From Eledone cirrhosa (Eukaryota), in NCBI GenBank assembly GCA_964016885.1, contig OZ024741.1, positions 384,028,001 to 384,092,000 on the forward strand: 64,000 bases of DNA. Direction: 5' to 3'. Under the pieces are notes generated by a model. It searched no databases. It was not told the DNA's origin and saw only the letters and a list, made by a program, of their open reading frames with translations. Numbering within the stretch: the first letter of the stretch is position 1; every line of letters starts with the position of its first letter. Positions 13,501 to 26,081 of this stretch are shown piece by piece. The position numbers and the translations under genes were made by a program.

Positions 13501-13975
13501 AGGAGCTTTGCCAGTTCGGGATAAACTCTACAGGCATGGAGGTGCCGTCAGCCAGGCATGTCCGAGATGCGCGCAGGGCCACGAAACCGTCCTGCACGCA
13601 CTCGTCCAGTGTCCGAGCATTGCTGACTTGTGGGTTTATGTCGAACACCTGCTGTCACGTGTAGGACGGATCCAGCTATCAGCTGAGTCCATCGTGAGGA
13701 TTGCCCCACCCTCTTCCTTTAGCCTGGAAGGGCAGGAAATATTTATCTGTCTGGTGGCCATGGCGAAAGAGATAGTATGGTGGACACGTTTGAAAGGGCT
13801 GAAGACGAGCACTTACCACTTCGGTGATGCCCTGATTAACTTTTTCAAATTTCATTTGAAAAGGAAAATCAGGGTAGAGAGGGAAGTGCTCTCTTTCCAG
13901 CATTTTGTTGAAAGATGGGTGAGAGAAGCAAGTATGGCCCGAGTGAATGGGCCTAATCTGAGTATGTGTCTGTGA
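10596..13975 (+). pseudogene. Tx1-like ORF2 (APE endonuclease, RT, C-terminal Cys/His motif), disrupted
   Basis: SINARGL, VAVYAP, VGDWN, KSPGLDGL, FRPITLLN, KAFDRVDH, VRQGCPLS, YGDD and CPRC..ETVLHALVQC; several frameshifts and stops. Confidence 0.92.
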
Positions 13976-14250
13976 ATTAAAGGTGGAAAACTGGGAGAGG
14001 GCACTTTCCCTGGTGGTCAGGGTCACTGTTATTTTAATGGGCTTTCTCCACAAATGTCCCTCGGAAGTCTCCCCCCTATTGGGGAATTTTTCATTGTTAT
14101 TTTTTATTACATCCTCTGTTTTTTTTTACACGCAGAAATGCCCATTCGTACCGTCCTGTATTGTCCTGTACTGTCCTTAATGTCTACTTTACGTAAACCC
14201 TTGTGGTTAATAAAGAAAACATTATTATTATTATTATTATTGTTATTACT

Positions 14251-17200
14251 CTTTGAGTCTCAGTCATTGATGTTAGTTAACTGGAAAGTTTGTTGAAATG
14301 AATATCAAGCCACTACCTGCAGCCTCAGATATTCAGGACGTATCGGAGGGTTCTTGCTGTTCCCATCAAGCATGCCTTTTGAAGCGTTCCAAAAAGCGTG
14401 AAGGGGCCAATTTTCTTTAACCATCCCTGGAAACTTTTTGAGATAGTCCCCAGTGCGCCTATGACAATCGGCATCACTTTGACTTCATGGCAGTTCCAAA
14501 TCCTTTTTACCTCCCACTTTAAGTCCTGGTATCGGTTAATTTTCTCCCTCTCCTTCTCTTGCACTCTCGTGTCGAATGGGCAGGCCTCATCCACAATCAG
14601 GCACGACCTTTTTTCTTTGTCCAAAACCACCAGCTCAGGTCTATTGTGTTCCAGTTTCTTGTCCGTCTGTATCCTAAAATCCCACAGCACCTTCACCTGA
14701 TCGTTTTCTATCACCGCCTCTGGCTTATGCTCATACCACTTCTCATAATGTGGTAAATTGTTTACTTTGCATAGGTGCCAGTGGATCACCCTGCCCATCA
14801 CATCATGTCTCCAGCCCTTATAGTGTGTCTGGGCTAGGTGTTTACACTCGGATACAATGTGAGCCACAGTCTCCTCTCTCTCTCCACAGATCCTGCACAG
14901 TGGGCTAGCCTCCTCCTTGTAAATGTGGTGTTTCAACCACTTCGTTTTGAGGGCCTGCTCCTACGCAGCCATTAACATTCCTTCTGTAGCGTTTTTAAGG
15001 TCTCCTCTTTTCAACCAGTTCCATGTCTGTGGATCTCTAAATTCAGTTTTCTCAAAGAAGGTACTATGAAGGGATTTTTCCTGAAGGCTGCTCTTTCTCC
15101 TTGATGTTATTTCCTCCTTGGACATCCCCTGGCCTATTGTCCCCTCCTTCAGTACAGTTCTGAGCATCGGCTCCTTACTATCAGTCACGTATTTGTGTAG
15201 GTTGTTTTTCTCCATCTGAACACAGTCCTCTATGCTGATAAGACCTCTTCCACCTTCAGACCTCCTTAAGTAGAGTCTATCGACATCACTCCTCTTGTGG
15301 AACATATTGTAGATAGTCAATAGCTTCCTAGTCTCCCTATCCATTTCTTTTTGTTCAGCAACATTCCATCTCAGAATTCCAGCACTGTACCTAATAATAG
15401 ACACAGCTCGGGAATTTACTGCACTTATGGCATTCCTACTGTTCAGATGTGACTTTAATACGCTCCTTACTCTCCGAAGGTATTCAGTTCTTATCAATTC
15501 CTTCATTTTTTTGGTTCTAGATGTCATCAGCCTCCAGAACGCCCAAATACTTGTATCCTTCCTCAGAGTCAATTTCCTTTATCATCTCACCTGTTGGTAT
15601 CTGGATTCCGTTACTTCTGCTCAACTTACCCCTCCTCATCACAATGAATCCACATTTACTAATACCAAATTGCATACATATATCATTGCTGAAAATACGG
15701 ACAGTGTCAACAAGCACATCCAACTCCTTCTCACTCTTCCCGAAGAGCTTAAGATCGTCCATGAAGAGGAGGTGATTGATGGTAAGCCCTCCCTTTCCGA
15801 ACCTGTATCCTACTCTCACTTTTCGCAGTACACTGGTCAGGGGCATCAGGGCAAGGACAAACAACAGAGGGGACAGACTATCTCCCTGGAAGATACCTCT
15901 CTTGATCTTCACGCTTCCCAAGGATTCTCCAGTTGATGTTAACTCTGTTTCCCAGGACTTCATACTTTTGCCCAACAACTGTCTGATGTTATCTGCCACC
16001 TTGAAGATCTCCAGGCTTTTGGTGATCCAAGAATGAGGCACCATGTCAAATGCCTTTTTGTAGTCTATCCATCCCATGGCAAGACCAGTGTGTCTCCTCT
16101 TGCAATTCCTCATTACCATCTTATCAATAAGTAACTGGTCCTTTGTACCACGTGACTTCTTTCGGCATCCTTTCTGTTCGTCCGGTAACAAGTTGTTTGT
16201 GTGGAGGTGATGGTAGATTTCCTCAGACATAATGCTTGTCAACAGTTTCCAGATTACGGACAGACATGTGATAGGTCTATAGTTGGTAACATCATTACCA
16301 TTGATTCGGTCTTTCATTATCAGAACTGTGGTACCTTTTGTCAACCACTCTGGTACCTCACCTGCAATCAAGCAGTCATTGAACATGGTTGTCAGTTTCG
16401 GGTGGAGGAATGTTATGTTTTTAATCCAATACCCCTGCACACCATCTGGGCCAGGTGATTTCCAGTTGGTTAGTTTTTTGGCCTGCCCCTTAAGAGTTTC
16501 AACTGTGATACTCAAATCAGTTTGTTGGTGTGCCTGTTCACTGATCTCCTTCTGTACTGTCTCAATTCACACTGCCTGGTCATTATGTTTAACATCCTGC
16601 TCCCATATTCCCCTCCAGAATGTTTTAGTTTGTTCCGCCTCATGGATCAAGTCGTTGCCTCTTTCTTTCCCTTCAAGCTGTCCAAACAGCATCTTCTGGT
16701 TGTTGTCGAACATGCGGTTCTGTCTATACTGACTGACTCTGTTCTCGTATTGCCTGATTTTTGCACTCTTTGATAATATTTAGCTTTTTCTTCCTAGTTT
16801 TGTACTTTATTTCCAGTCTATTTTTAGTGTCTATGTTTTTTTAGTGTCCCATTCAGTAGGGACTCAAGCTTTCCAATGTCATTTCTCATTTTCCTGATTT
16901 GACCACTCAGTCGTTTCTTCCACCAAGGCTCTGCTCTTTCTTGTCTGTTGTTCCCTCTCGCTTTTATACCAAGTAGTTTCCTCACCGTATTTGCTGTTGC
17001 TTTGAGGATATTGTTGCACTGGTGAAGGCTCCTCGCCTCAAGGTACGGGATGACTTTGTTTACCTTAGCTGTTGTTTCTTTTAACTTTTTCCTGTCTACA
17101 AATCTTAGGTTCATAGGTCTCCCACTATCATTGTTCAATTCATCTACCACTAAGTTTAGGATATCTACCAAATCTTGTCCTAGCCCATCAGCATTCATCT

Positions 17201-17850
17201 CCTCAGTGGCCGTATCTCTGTTCCAGGTATTATTTATCTCAGCATTCAGATCATTGTCTGCTTCGGGTGGTTCATCCGTTCTCTCGACCTCTTCATCTTC
17301 ATTTCCCACTGGCTCGTTTGCCTGGCATACTCCACCCTCCATCTCCAAGCTAATCTCTCTGCTCAGTTCCTCCAGTTCCAGCTCGCTTATCCACCCATTA
17401 GTTCTTATTACCCGAGCCTGCCCGGACAGTTTTTGTTCATCTAATTTAAATGGACCAATCTCGTTCCAGATGTTATGCATCCTTTTCCTATAGCCTTTCT
17501 CCTTGGGTTACTCTTCAGGTAACATTGCATAACAGTTCTATTCAATTCTTTCGTCCAGTTGGTTCTGGTCCCTTTCCTTCTTCTTCTTCCTCCGACACCA
17601 GCAGTATTTGGTTGACAGCCAGGTCCCTGCTGCTGACCCAGGGAGCACCTGTTGGGTGAGAGTCTGTCACATGACATTCTAGTCTCCATTTCACCGTTAT
17701 TCGAACTGTTTTGGTTCGACATTTAAACACTCTTATCGAGGATTGGCGAATGTATGGTTACATAACCACCGGTGAATTACTTGTCTCCGGTGGTTTCGTC
17801 ACTCCACGTGACTTTTGTGTGGCATTATCACGCTGTAGACGAACCCAAAT
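14251..17850 (-). mobile_element. Near full-length R4/Dong-clade LINE (RT + CCHC + RLE)
   Basis: ORF pieces from 17722 to 14325: WKSPGPDG, YRPITCL, IDYKKAFD, FQGDSLSP, FMDD, CRIC...HIVSEC and RPELVV...IVDEACPFD. A few frameshifts plus a TAG at 14961; 3' end abuts (TAA)n. Confidence 0.93.
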
Positions 17851-18021
17851 AAACAAACAAACAAACAGGCAGAAAAAAACCCAAAAATGAATAAGCATAA
17901 GTTTCATTGTAATGTAGTGTTTGAATGTCTGACTTAGTTTTTCCCTTCCCTTCTCTGTCCGTCCGTTTGTTTTTCTCTTCATTTTTATTTCCTTTACGTT
18001 TTTCGTTGTTGCTGTGCTGCT

Positions 18022-18672
18022 TTGATTTTTATTTTTGTTTTTTTTTATTTTGACCGGGTCATCAATTCAGTCTATTTATATATTTTGATGCCTTCCTCTT
18101 TTAGTGAGAATTCTACAATGTAGCAGGGTCTAGCGGGAGAGAATAGCGGCGGTAGTGACAATGAGGCAGCGGCGGCGGCGGCGATGGCGGTGCTGTGCCA
18201 GCAGCAACTAGCAGGAGGTAGTGGGAGAGAATAGCGGCGGTAGCGATAATGAGGCAGCGGCCGTGGCGATGTGGTCGTATTACTGTAGCGATGGTGTTGA
18301 AGTTGGAGTAGAAATTTGAGTCGACTTGACCAGAGTTTACATCGTGGCAGTGGTGGTGGCACTGGTGGTGAAATTATCTTTAGTGAAATTATCATTAGTC
18401 GCGTATATGTGTTGACATATTTTCTTAATATTGGAATTAAACATTTTGTTAAAACTAAAACTTGATTTTTATTTTTGTTTTTTTTTTATTTTGACCGGGT
18501 CATCAATTCAGTCTATTTATATATTTTGATGTTTTCCTCTTTTAGTGAGAATTCTACAATGTAGCCGGGGGTAGCGGGAGAGAATAGCGGCGGTAGTGAT
18601 ATTGAGGCATCGGCGGCGGTGGTGGTGGCGGTGCTGTGCCAGCAGCAACTAGCAGGAGGTAGTGGGAGAGAA
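18022..18672. repeat. ~210-bp direct duplication with GGC/GGT-rich segment
   Basis: TTGATTTTTATTTTTG...GACCGGGTCATCAATTCAGTC...GCAGCAACTAGCAGGAGGTAGTGGGAGAGAAT at ~18022-18232 and ~18462-18672. Confidence 0.8.
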
Positions 18673-18893
18673 TTGAAATGAAATTGCTGTTATTTGGCTG
18701 TTCTATATATTGTAGACAGAGGGGGTTTTCTTCCATTTATAACCATTTTCTTTTTCGAATATAAAATGTATAATGCAAAATTGAATATTTGAGCGATATA
18801 ACAATATATTATGGATCCGAATTTTTTGGGACTCAAGCCGGATGTTTTATGCAACATTTGTACTAAGAATTGTTATTTCACAATTGATTTAAA

Positions 18894-18927
<34 letters not shown>

Positions 18928-18929
<2 letters not shown>

Positions 18930-20183
18930 AGTTGCATTTATCTTGCTTTATGTTCATACGAGTTATCACCAAGTCACAACCAGTGACCTCAAGAGACAAC
19001 AAGGTCCGCCATGTTCAAGAAAGAACATACATACTCACACATGCATCTTTAGTGTTTAGACTTGTGATGTACTTATATTGACAGAATCTTCCTTAGTATA
19101 TGGGCAGTTCCCATTAGTACTATCTTTTGTATCTCTCCTATACGCGGGTTTCCTGGGATTTGCGATAAGTAATCATTAGACCCCTTAGGTATCATTCCCA
19201 GAGCGCCTACAACCACTGGTATTGTTTTAGTTCTCAATTTCCACATTTTTCCAATTTCTATCACCAGGTCCTTATACTTGCTCAATTTTTCAAATGTTTT
19301 TATAGATACATTCTTGGAACGGACATATCAATTAGCAGGCATACCCTCTTTTTAAAGTCCTTCAATATTATATCAGGTCTATTTGCATCTATTTTTCCGT
19401 CTGTTTGGATGCTAAAGTTCCACAAGATTGAAATGTGATCTTTTTCAAGTATGGGAGGTGGTTGATGCTCCCACCAATTCTTTTGATGGGGCAGGTCAAA
19501 ATGCTTACACATTATCCAATGTATGTATTGTGCAGCTCTGTCATGCCTGTTTAGGTATTCGGTTGGAGCTATAGGACTGTACATTGAAATTATATGGTCA
19601 ATGGTCTCTGGTTGTTTTTTGCATACACGGCATAATGGGCTGCATCCATTTTTTATTATGTTGGCTTGGTAATTTTTTGTTGGCAGACACTGATCTTGTG
19701 CTGATATAATCAGTCCTTCAGTCTCCTATTTCAGTCCAGAGGATGCCAACCACTGATGGGTTAAAGTTTTGTCAACATCAGGATTGTTAGCTCGTTCTGG
19801 GTATTTTCCATACAGAGGCTTTTCTTGCCATTTCTTAGCCAGTTTCTGTAGCAGTTCTTTCTTTGCAGTTACTTTTACCTGCTTTGCTTTTTCTGTGTTT
19901 TCCATTTCAGCAGTAAATGGGACTTCTGAAATTTGTAGTCCATTACTGTATCTTTGTGTATCTTTTGTAATGGAATATGATTTTTTGATGCTTTCGTGTT
20001 TCAAAACGAGTTTGATCATCCAATCATGTGACTCCCTTAGATATGTAGATAATCCAATTGTTGCAGTTTTCAACGCAATGTTTAACTGGATTAACCCACG
20101 TCCTCCTTCTTTCCTAGGGAGATATATTCTATCTATATCTGCCTTAGGGTGATGCATTCTGTGCATGGTTAAGAATTTTCGAA

Positions 20184-20186
<3 letters not shown>
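18928..20186 (-). mobile_element. 5'-truncated R4/Dong-clade LINE (second family)
   Basis: MHHPKADIDRIYL..GGRGL, RHD..QYIHW, NRPDII...LLIDMSVP and KYKDL...GTAHILRK; both ends lie in (TTA)n. Confidence 0.9.
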
Positions 20187-20223
<37 letters not shown>

Positions 20224-20230
20224 GTTATTC

Positions 20231-20369
20231 CTTGAATCTCAGTCATTGATGTTGGTTAACTGGAAAGTCCGTTGGATTGAATATCAAGCCACTACCTGCA
20301 GCCTCAGATATTCAGGACGTATCGGAGGGTTCTTGCCGTTCCAAGCAAGCATGCCTTTTGAAGCGTTCC

Positions 20370-20370
<1 letters not shown>
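20231..20370 (-). mobile_element. Short 3'-end copy of the 14251 Dong-like family
   Basis: Matches 14252-14390 (TCTCAGTCATTGATGTT...CAGCCTCAGATATTCAGGACGTATCGG); lies between two (TTA)n tracts. Confidence 0.85.
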
Positions 20371-20424
<54 letters not shown>

Positions 20425-20425
<1 letters not shown>

Positions 20426-21050
20426 TTACTCCTTTTGTCGCGCAATGTAGCAAGGCTGATTGTTATACGACACCAATCTTGCATGTTATTGTCAACCGCT
20501 TTAAGAAATCTTGGAGTTTCAATGTTTCCCAGATATTCATTGCCGTGACTAGATTTCTCGTATTCGAGTTTGATTCTAAAATCGTTTTTACTCTTTTTAA
20601 ATGTCTCTCTAAATTTTTCATTCATTTTTGCATGTAAAATGTCATCCAATTCTAAAATCCCCAAATACTTGTATCCACTATCTTGTCACATGCATTATGT
20701 AGAGGCCTTTTATGAACCTATAATTTATAGGGAGGTCATTTAGCTTCCATAATCTTCTAAAAGTATTTAATTGCCTCTATGCAGGCTTCTTTCCTAACAG
20801 CACACACCTTTCTCATTTCATTCCTCATTAACTGCGATCCTTCTAAAATTATTGCTGTTTTCTTTTTTCTGTTAGTTGGTTCTGGCAATCTTTAACAGTA
20901 TCAGTGATATAGTTACAGGCCATCGTGAAAAGGATGTTAGTTTTTTACTATAATCCTTCTGGAAGGCCTCACTCGCCTGATTAGCGTATTCTCAATAATG
21001 AGCCACTTCATTCCATTTCTAAGAAATTTTATTCTCTCCTTTGTAAATAT
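20425..21050 (-). mobile_element. Old, degraded R4-like RT fragment
   Basis: GYKYLGILELDDI-like peptide near 20680-20640; RGLPEG and LFTMAL-like remnants upstream. Confidence 0.5.
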
Positions 21051-22690
21051 TATATCATACTTTTTCCTTTATGCACCTTTTTTATATTTGAAATTCATAC
21101 ACGTCTAGTGAAATAAATGATAAAAAATATATGTCTCTGTGGGAGAATCTTCGAAACTTTTTCCTATTTATAGCAAGTTTTCACCGAATCAAGTTATTGA
21201 CATTTTACCATCGATTCCACTCCCTTGCCATGTAATCTATTTTTACCATTGTATAAAATTATTTCGATATTTCTCTTTAATTCTTAAAAACGAACACCAC
21301 GCATAGAGGACTTGGATGAAAGGGTGCGGGGATCAGTGTGAGGAAGAATGCAAAGAGAATATCATCATCATCAACGTGTCGAGTTTCCTTGGACACGTTG
21401 TCTTTCTGTTTGCTATTGTAGTAACTCCTGAATGGCATCGCAATAACGTTGCCATCGTAGTTGACTGGGCCTGTCATCTTCTGCCATCGATATATGTGAA
21501 TATACGGGAGTATCTATCAGTCAATAACTACCATATTTACTTCTTAAGTCCTGCTCCCAATAAGAGGATTTAAATGTTTACTCATATGAGATACTGTGAC
21601 CCTGGAGGAGGTGGCTAGCTGGTACCATGCCTTGCCAAAAGGCAGCCCGTGTTCCCTCCGATACTGCTTATTCTGTATATTCGCAGAGAATAACACAATG
21701 TAATGCAGAGTCTTCAAATATACGACAAGAAATTGTAAGTCAAACAAAAACATTCTCAGTCATAGAAAAACCACACGATTATGAACTGAAAAAAGATGAA
21801 GATTATCACAAGGAAAGGTCAATAGTTTATTATGTTTGTATAATTATCCCATACTCAAATGAATATTGTCATTTTTTGACGAGTAATAGACTAGTATTAA
21901 CATAACTGTCGTTGCTATTCCTAGTTTGTCATTAATGTGGAACAGGATTCTCAATCGTAATCTCAATTTTGCAGCATTGTCAAATCGGCTGTGACAGGTA
22001 ATAAAAAATGTTAAATATATCTTTTAATAGGGATAGATTATATATGATTTGTTCAAAGCTATTGTAAAAAAATACTAATGCGGATTATGTTAATCCCATT
22101 GTTCCGTATAACTCCCGGCACAGTGCCATAAAGATGTAAATTGTAAATCATTATTTAGGGGACATCAATGTCGGAGATGTAAGCCGCCTATTTTTCGAGT
22201 TAGGCTGGCCAGATCAGTAAATTAAATGATCTCTGATTCAGTTATTACATGAAAGGTTACTTGCTATAAAACATTTACAGAAGTATTGATTCGATATTGA
22301 TTATGTGGCTAAAGTAATTAGAATTCAAATAAACTATGTAGTCATTTGAGATGTTCTGAGTGGCATAAAATGACGTTTTCTATTTAATATATATATATAT
22401 ATATATGTAGCGTTATACCATTACCGAAGCTTCATTAACTTTTTAAGCCACTTTACTTCATTAGTCAATATTGATTGAAAACCGACTCTCTTTTTTAGCT
22501 CTCTTTTAAGCATTAGTGATTTCCAGTGTTGCTATCTACCATTTGTTTCTTTATTAATGACAAATATTATCAATTTTAATTGTTGCAGATAAGTTTCGTC
22601 TGTAAATAGCAAATCACAGAATCCATTTTCTTTTCTAACGTTGACATCTATTTCTAACGCAGTAAATAATCTTTAGCAAGTTCAAATTAA
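21050..22690 (+). pseudogene. Decayed LRR-protein remnant
   Basis: ENLRNF, IDILPSIP, MLNISFNR (22008), ILIENRL. The strand is less certain because LRR-like words can also be read antisense. Confidence 0.3.
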
Positions 22691-22718
22691 AAAAATCAAC
22701 CAGTTTGAAGCGAGTTCT

Positions 22719-22780
<62 letters not shown>

Positions 22781-22810
22781 AAAGAATAGAGGTGTAACAC
22801 GCAAGTTATT

Positions 22811-22889
22811 ATATATTGGTAAACGGAATAGAAAATGCTGACAAATTTTTCAACTGTGAACAATTTGTCAGCATTTTCTATTCCGTTTA

Positions 22890-22898
<9 letters not shown>
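22811..22898. repeat. Perfect 37-bp-arm palindrome between (TA)n tracts (probable PLE pLTR remnant)
   Basis: Arm ATATATTGGTAAACGGAATAGAAAATGCTGACAAATT, a 14-nt spacer, then its exact reverse complement. Confidence 0.9.
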
Positions 22899-22940
<42 letters not shown>

Positions 22941-22944
<4 letters not shown>

Positions 22945-25196
22945 AGCAATGGGTGACATCTGTAGCTCCCAAGATAACTCTCACAACCCAGTGATGTAGC
23001 CATGAAGAGGCGAGGAAAGGCGACCTATAAAATAACTAGTCTTCATCGGTTTCAGAAAGCACCAGATTAGTTATTGGCGCAAATAAGACCACCAAAGCTG
23101 CAGCATGGTAGTGGGAACAAAAAGGAACCATACTGCATCGTCCTTCGCATAGGTTAACAAGGTAACGGGTTCAGCTCTTTGGTAGAGGGGCCTGTTTGAA
23201 AAATATATTGCAGTCTCCATTTCATGCCGCAAAAACTGGCGATGGGCCTGCGACATTTCCTGGGAGACGTGGGATGGACGGATAAAGATTGCGAATCCCG
23301 AAACCCCGATGAGGGTTTGGAAGGGAGTAAATATTGACATTTGAAACCTAGAACATCATAAACCTAACAGGTAAAGAGCAGGAACTAGTGGAGGAGGCTA
23401 GATGCTACCAGCTAGATATAGTCGGGGTTTCCTCAAAAAAGTTCCGTGGCTCTGATACTGTATATTTGGATGGAGGATGGAAACTCCACTATTCAGATGT
23501 GGCGCCAGCAATGTCTGTACATGTGGGAGTGGGGATACTCACAAGCCCCCACCTGTCAGAATGTGTTATGGACTGGATACCATTAGGTGGGAGGATTTTC
23601 GTCGTAATAAGAAGTCCTCCTCCACACCTGCTTTCAGAAACGCGTGTGGGGTTTTCCTCTCTTCAGAGAGGTGCATCCTCGCGAGGTGGAGAGAATACGT
23701 TGCTGATCCCCTAAACGTGAACACAACAGCATATTCTGATGTACACGCGGTTTATCTGGGGGGCGGTGACTAATCTCTCGGGGACTGAGAGCGCAAGGGC
23801 AGTTAAAGAGCTCAAATGTGGCAAGGCCGCTGGGGAAGATAAAATCCAGCTCGAGATATTAAAAGCCTTAAATAGAGCAGGTATTCTCTGGCTGACTCAT
23901 GTGTGCGGGGTGGCCTGGATCTCTGGGAAAAGCACCTAAGCAATCAGGAGTGATAATCCCAATTTTCAAAAAGCGAGACAAGAAAGATTGTTCCAATTAC
24001 AGAGGGATCTCCTTGTTAAGCCTCCCCTGTAAAGTCTATGCTAAGTGTCTGGCAAAGAGATGTAGGAAGATTGTTGAGTTCAAGCTAGCTGGACGCAACA
24101 CAGCTTACAAAATATTCACATTGCTGCAGGTCTTCGTGAAATCGTGGGAGTATTGCCCAGAGATATAGTATTATCTTGTAGATCCCGAAAAAGCATATGA
24201 CCACGTTCCTCGAGACATGCTGTGGAAGGTTGTACAGGAGTATGTGATCGATGGTCAGCTTCTTGTTGCCCCGATGTCTCTATACGAGTGTCCGAGTATT
24301 TGTGTTCGGATAAATGGTGCTAAATTGAAACCATTCAATTTGGGAGTCGGCCTCCGCCAAGGGTTCGTACTGTTACCTCTCCTGTTCATTATTTTCTTGA
24401 ACAGGATTGACATGCACAGCCGGGTTTGTAGAGGTATCACGACTGGCGGAGGCAAAATCAGTCGGCTGGAGTTTGTAGACGACATGGTGTTATTTAATTG
24501 GTATGATGCAGCGTACTGCATGGCTGTAAAAACTGCGAAAACTGATACACTCCTCCTCTCAAAGAAGCCTGCGCAGTACACTGTATATGTGAATGAAGTT
24601 CAACTGAAGCAGATAGAGAAGTTCAAGTATCTCGGGGCTGTGTTTACGAGTGATGGAAGGCAGGTGATGGAATTAAGTGCCAGAATTGCAAAAGCTGGTG
24701 CAACAATACGCCAGGTTCCACATCCAGTAATCAGAAGAAGGGAGGTAGGTGTAAAAGCCAAACACACTATCTTCAATTAGGTTTTCGTGCCAACGCTTAT
24801 CTATGGACATTAATATTGTGTAAGAATATGATCAAGAAGGCAAGCAGCCGAAATGGGTTCCCTCCGAAGGGCCTTTGGAGTAACGTTACTCGATAGAGTG
24901 CGTAACTCGGAGATCAGAGAGTTACTCCAGGTAGAGCCACTATTCTCTGAATTGAGAGATCACAGCTCCGATACTATGGCATGTGGTTAGAATGTCTCAG
25001 GAAATAATCACTGGACTGATTTTGCGGGCAAAACCAACCGACAGGTGAACCAGAAGCAGACCCTTGGTCTCTCTTGGGGAAACAGCTGGATCAGTTGGAG
25101 ACGATTGCTTTTGACATGACCCGCTGAAATGAGTTTGAGAACTCTGCCTCCACGGCACTCTCAAGAAGAAGAAGAAGAAGAAGAAGAAGAAGAAGA
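22941..25196 (+). mobile_element. RTE-clade LINE, internally deleted and decayed
   Basis: APE start (YQLDIVGVS..GVGILTS), GKAAGED, NYRGISLLS, GLRQG..PLLF, FVDD and FKYLG; (GAA)n tail at 25163-25196. Confidence 0.85.
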
Positions 25197-25199
25197 TTT

Positions 25200-26080
25200 A
25201 TATGTATACTATAATATATGATATACTACAATATATTAACTAGTCTACTGAATTCTATAGTTGGCTGTTACTTCAGACAATTGCTTCTTTATTACAAAAC
25301 CAGTTTTATCATATTCACATACGTACTTAGTCATTCAATCTTGCTGCAACGTTTTGTGGCAAATTTTCATTTCCTTATATGACAGTAGATATATCTAAAA
25401 CTGCAAAAAGCACCAAAGAAATATTTGAGAATAACTTTATTACATATAAAATAATCCTAATATACAATTGAATGGAAAAATCTAAAAGCTTAGTGCATTT
25501 TATGTATGGGCGGTAAATTGAGAACCTTTAGTGGCAGTCTTTTAAACCAAATGTGTTGGGAAAAGGTATAAACATATAATCCCAGGAAGAAATTTAAATG
25601 TTTTTACGTGCTACTATAATACTATCGTAAAATAAAATTAGAGATGACCAGAAGAACACTAAATCTGCTAAAAATAGCAACCCAGTGTCCATTAACCTTC
25701 ACCCTTCTGTCTTGAATAAAGATACCCTGGACATTGTAGTCCTTGGTGTACATAGATATACAGTATGGGAATTAGTGGTAGTATTGCATATAGTTAATAA
25801 TCGTTTGCTTTATCAGGGCTGACATGGTGCCATATTCCAACTTTATGCAATACTTCCACTAGTTCTCACACTGTAAATAAAAGTTTCGATGTCACTGCTG
25901 TCACGTTTATTTGCTTCAATGCTCGCTATGTTACAAAAGACAACTGAAGGTAAGATATTTAAATATTTTATCAATGGTTACTAACTTTAATAAAATGAGA
26001 TGGGGTGTAATTCTATTTATCAAGTCATATGATGGCCTCCTTACAGGTTATACAAATAATGTACAAAACTGTTACGTTTA
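25200..26080 (+). pseudogene. Decayed LRR-protein remnant (interrupted by a small repeat at ~25630-25830)
   Basis: TVDISK..KEIFENN, KLRTFSGSLLNQM (25515), VRYLNI; strand ambiguous. Confidence 0.25.
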
Positions 26081-26081
26081 T

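Larger units (their letters stand above)
8418..14220 (+). mobile_element. Full-length Tx1/L1-clade LINE (copy 1)
   Basis: 5' end GGCGACCTACGTAG is identical to copy 2 (59876); ORF1 + ORF2; AATAAA at 14209; flanked by (ATT)n on both sides. Confidence 0.93.

Noticed and set aside
17755-17815. Canonical hammerhead or HDV-like ribozyme in the Dong leader
   Set aside because: Stem II-GAAA-stem III is present but CACAAAA replaces CUGANGA; the TCCACGT HDV-like loop is antisense and lacks a proper P3. Kept only as an unclassified structure.
23030-23092. HDV-like pseudoknot in the RTE leader (ATAACTA/TAGTTAT, GTCTT/AAGAC)
   Set aside because: The pairings exist, but L3/P1.1 and the catalytic junction do not fit the consensus, and the copy is decayed.
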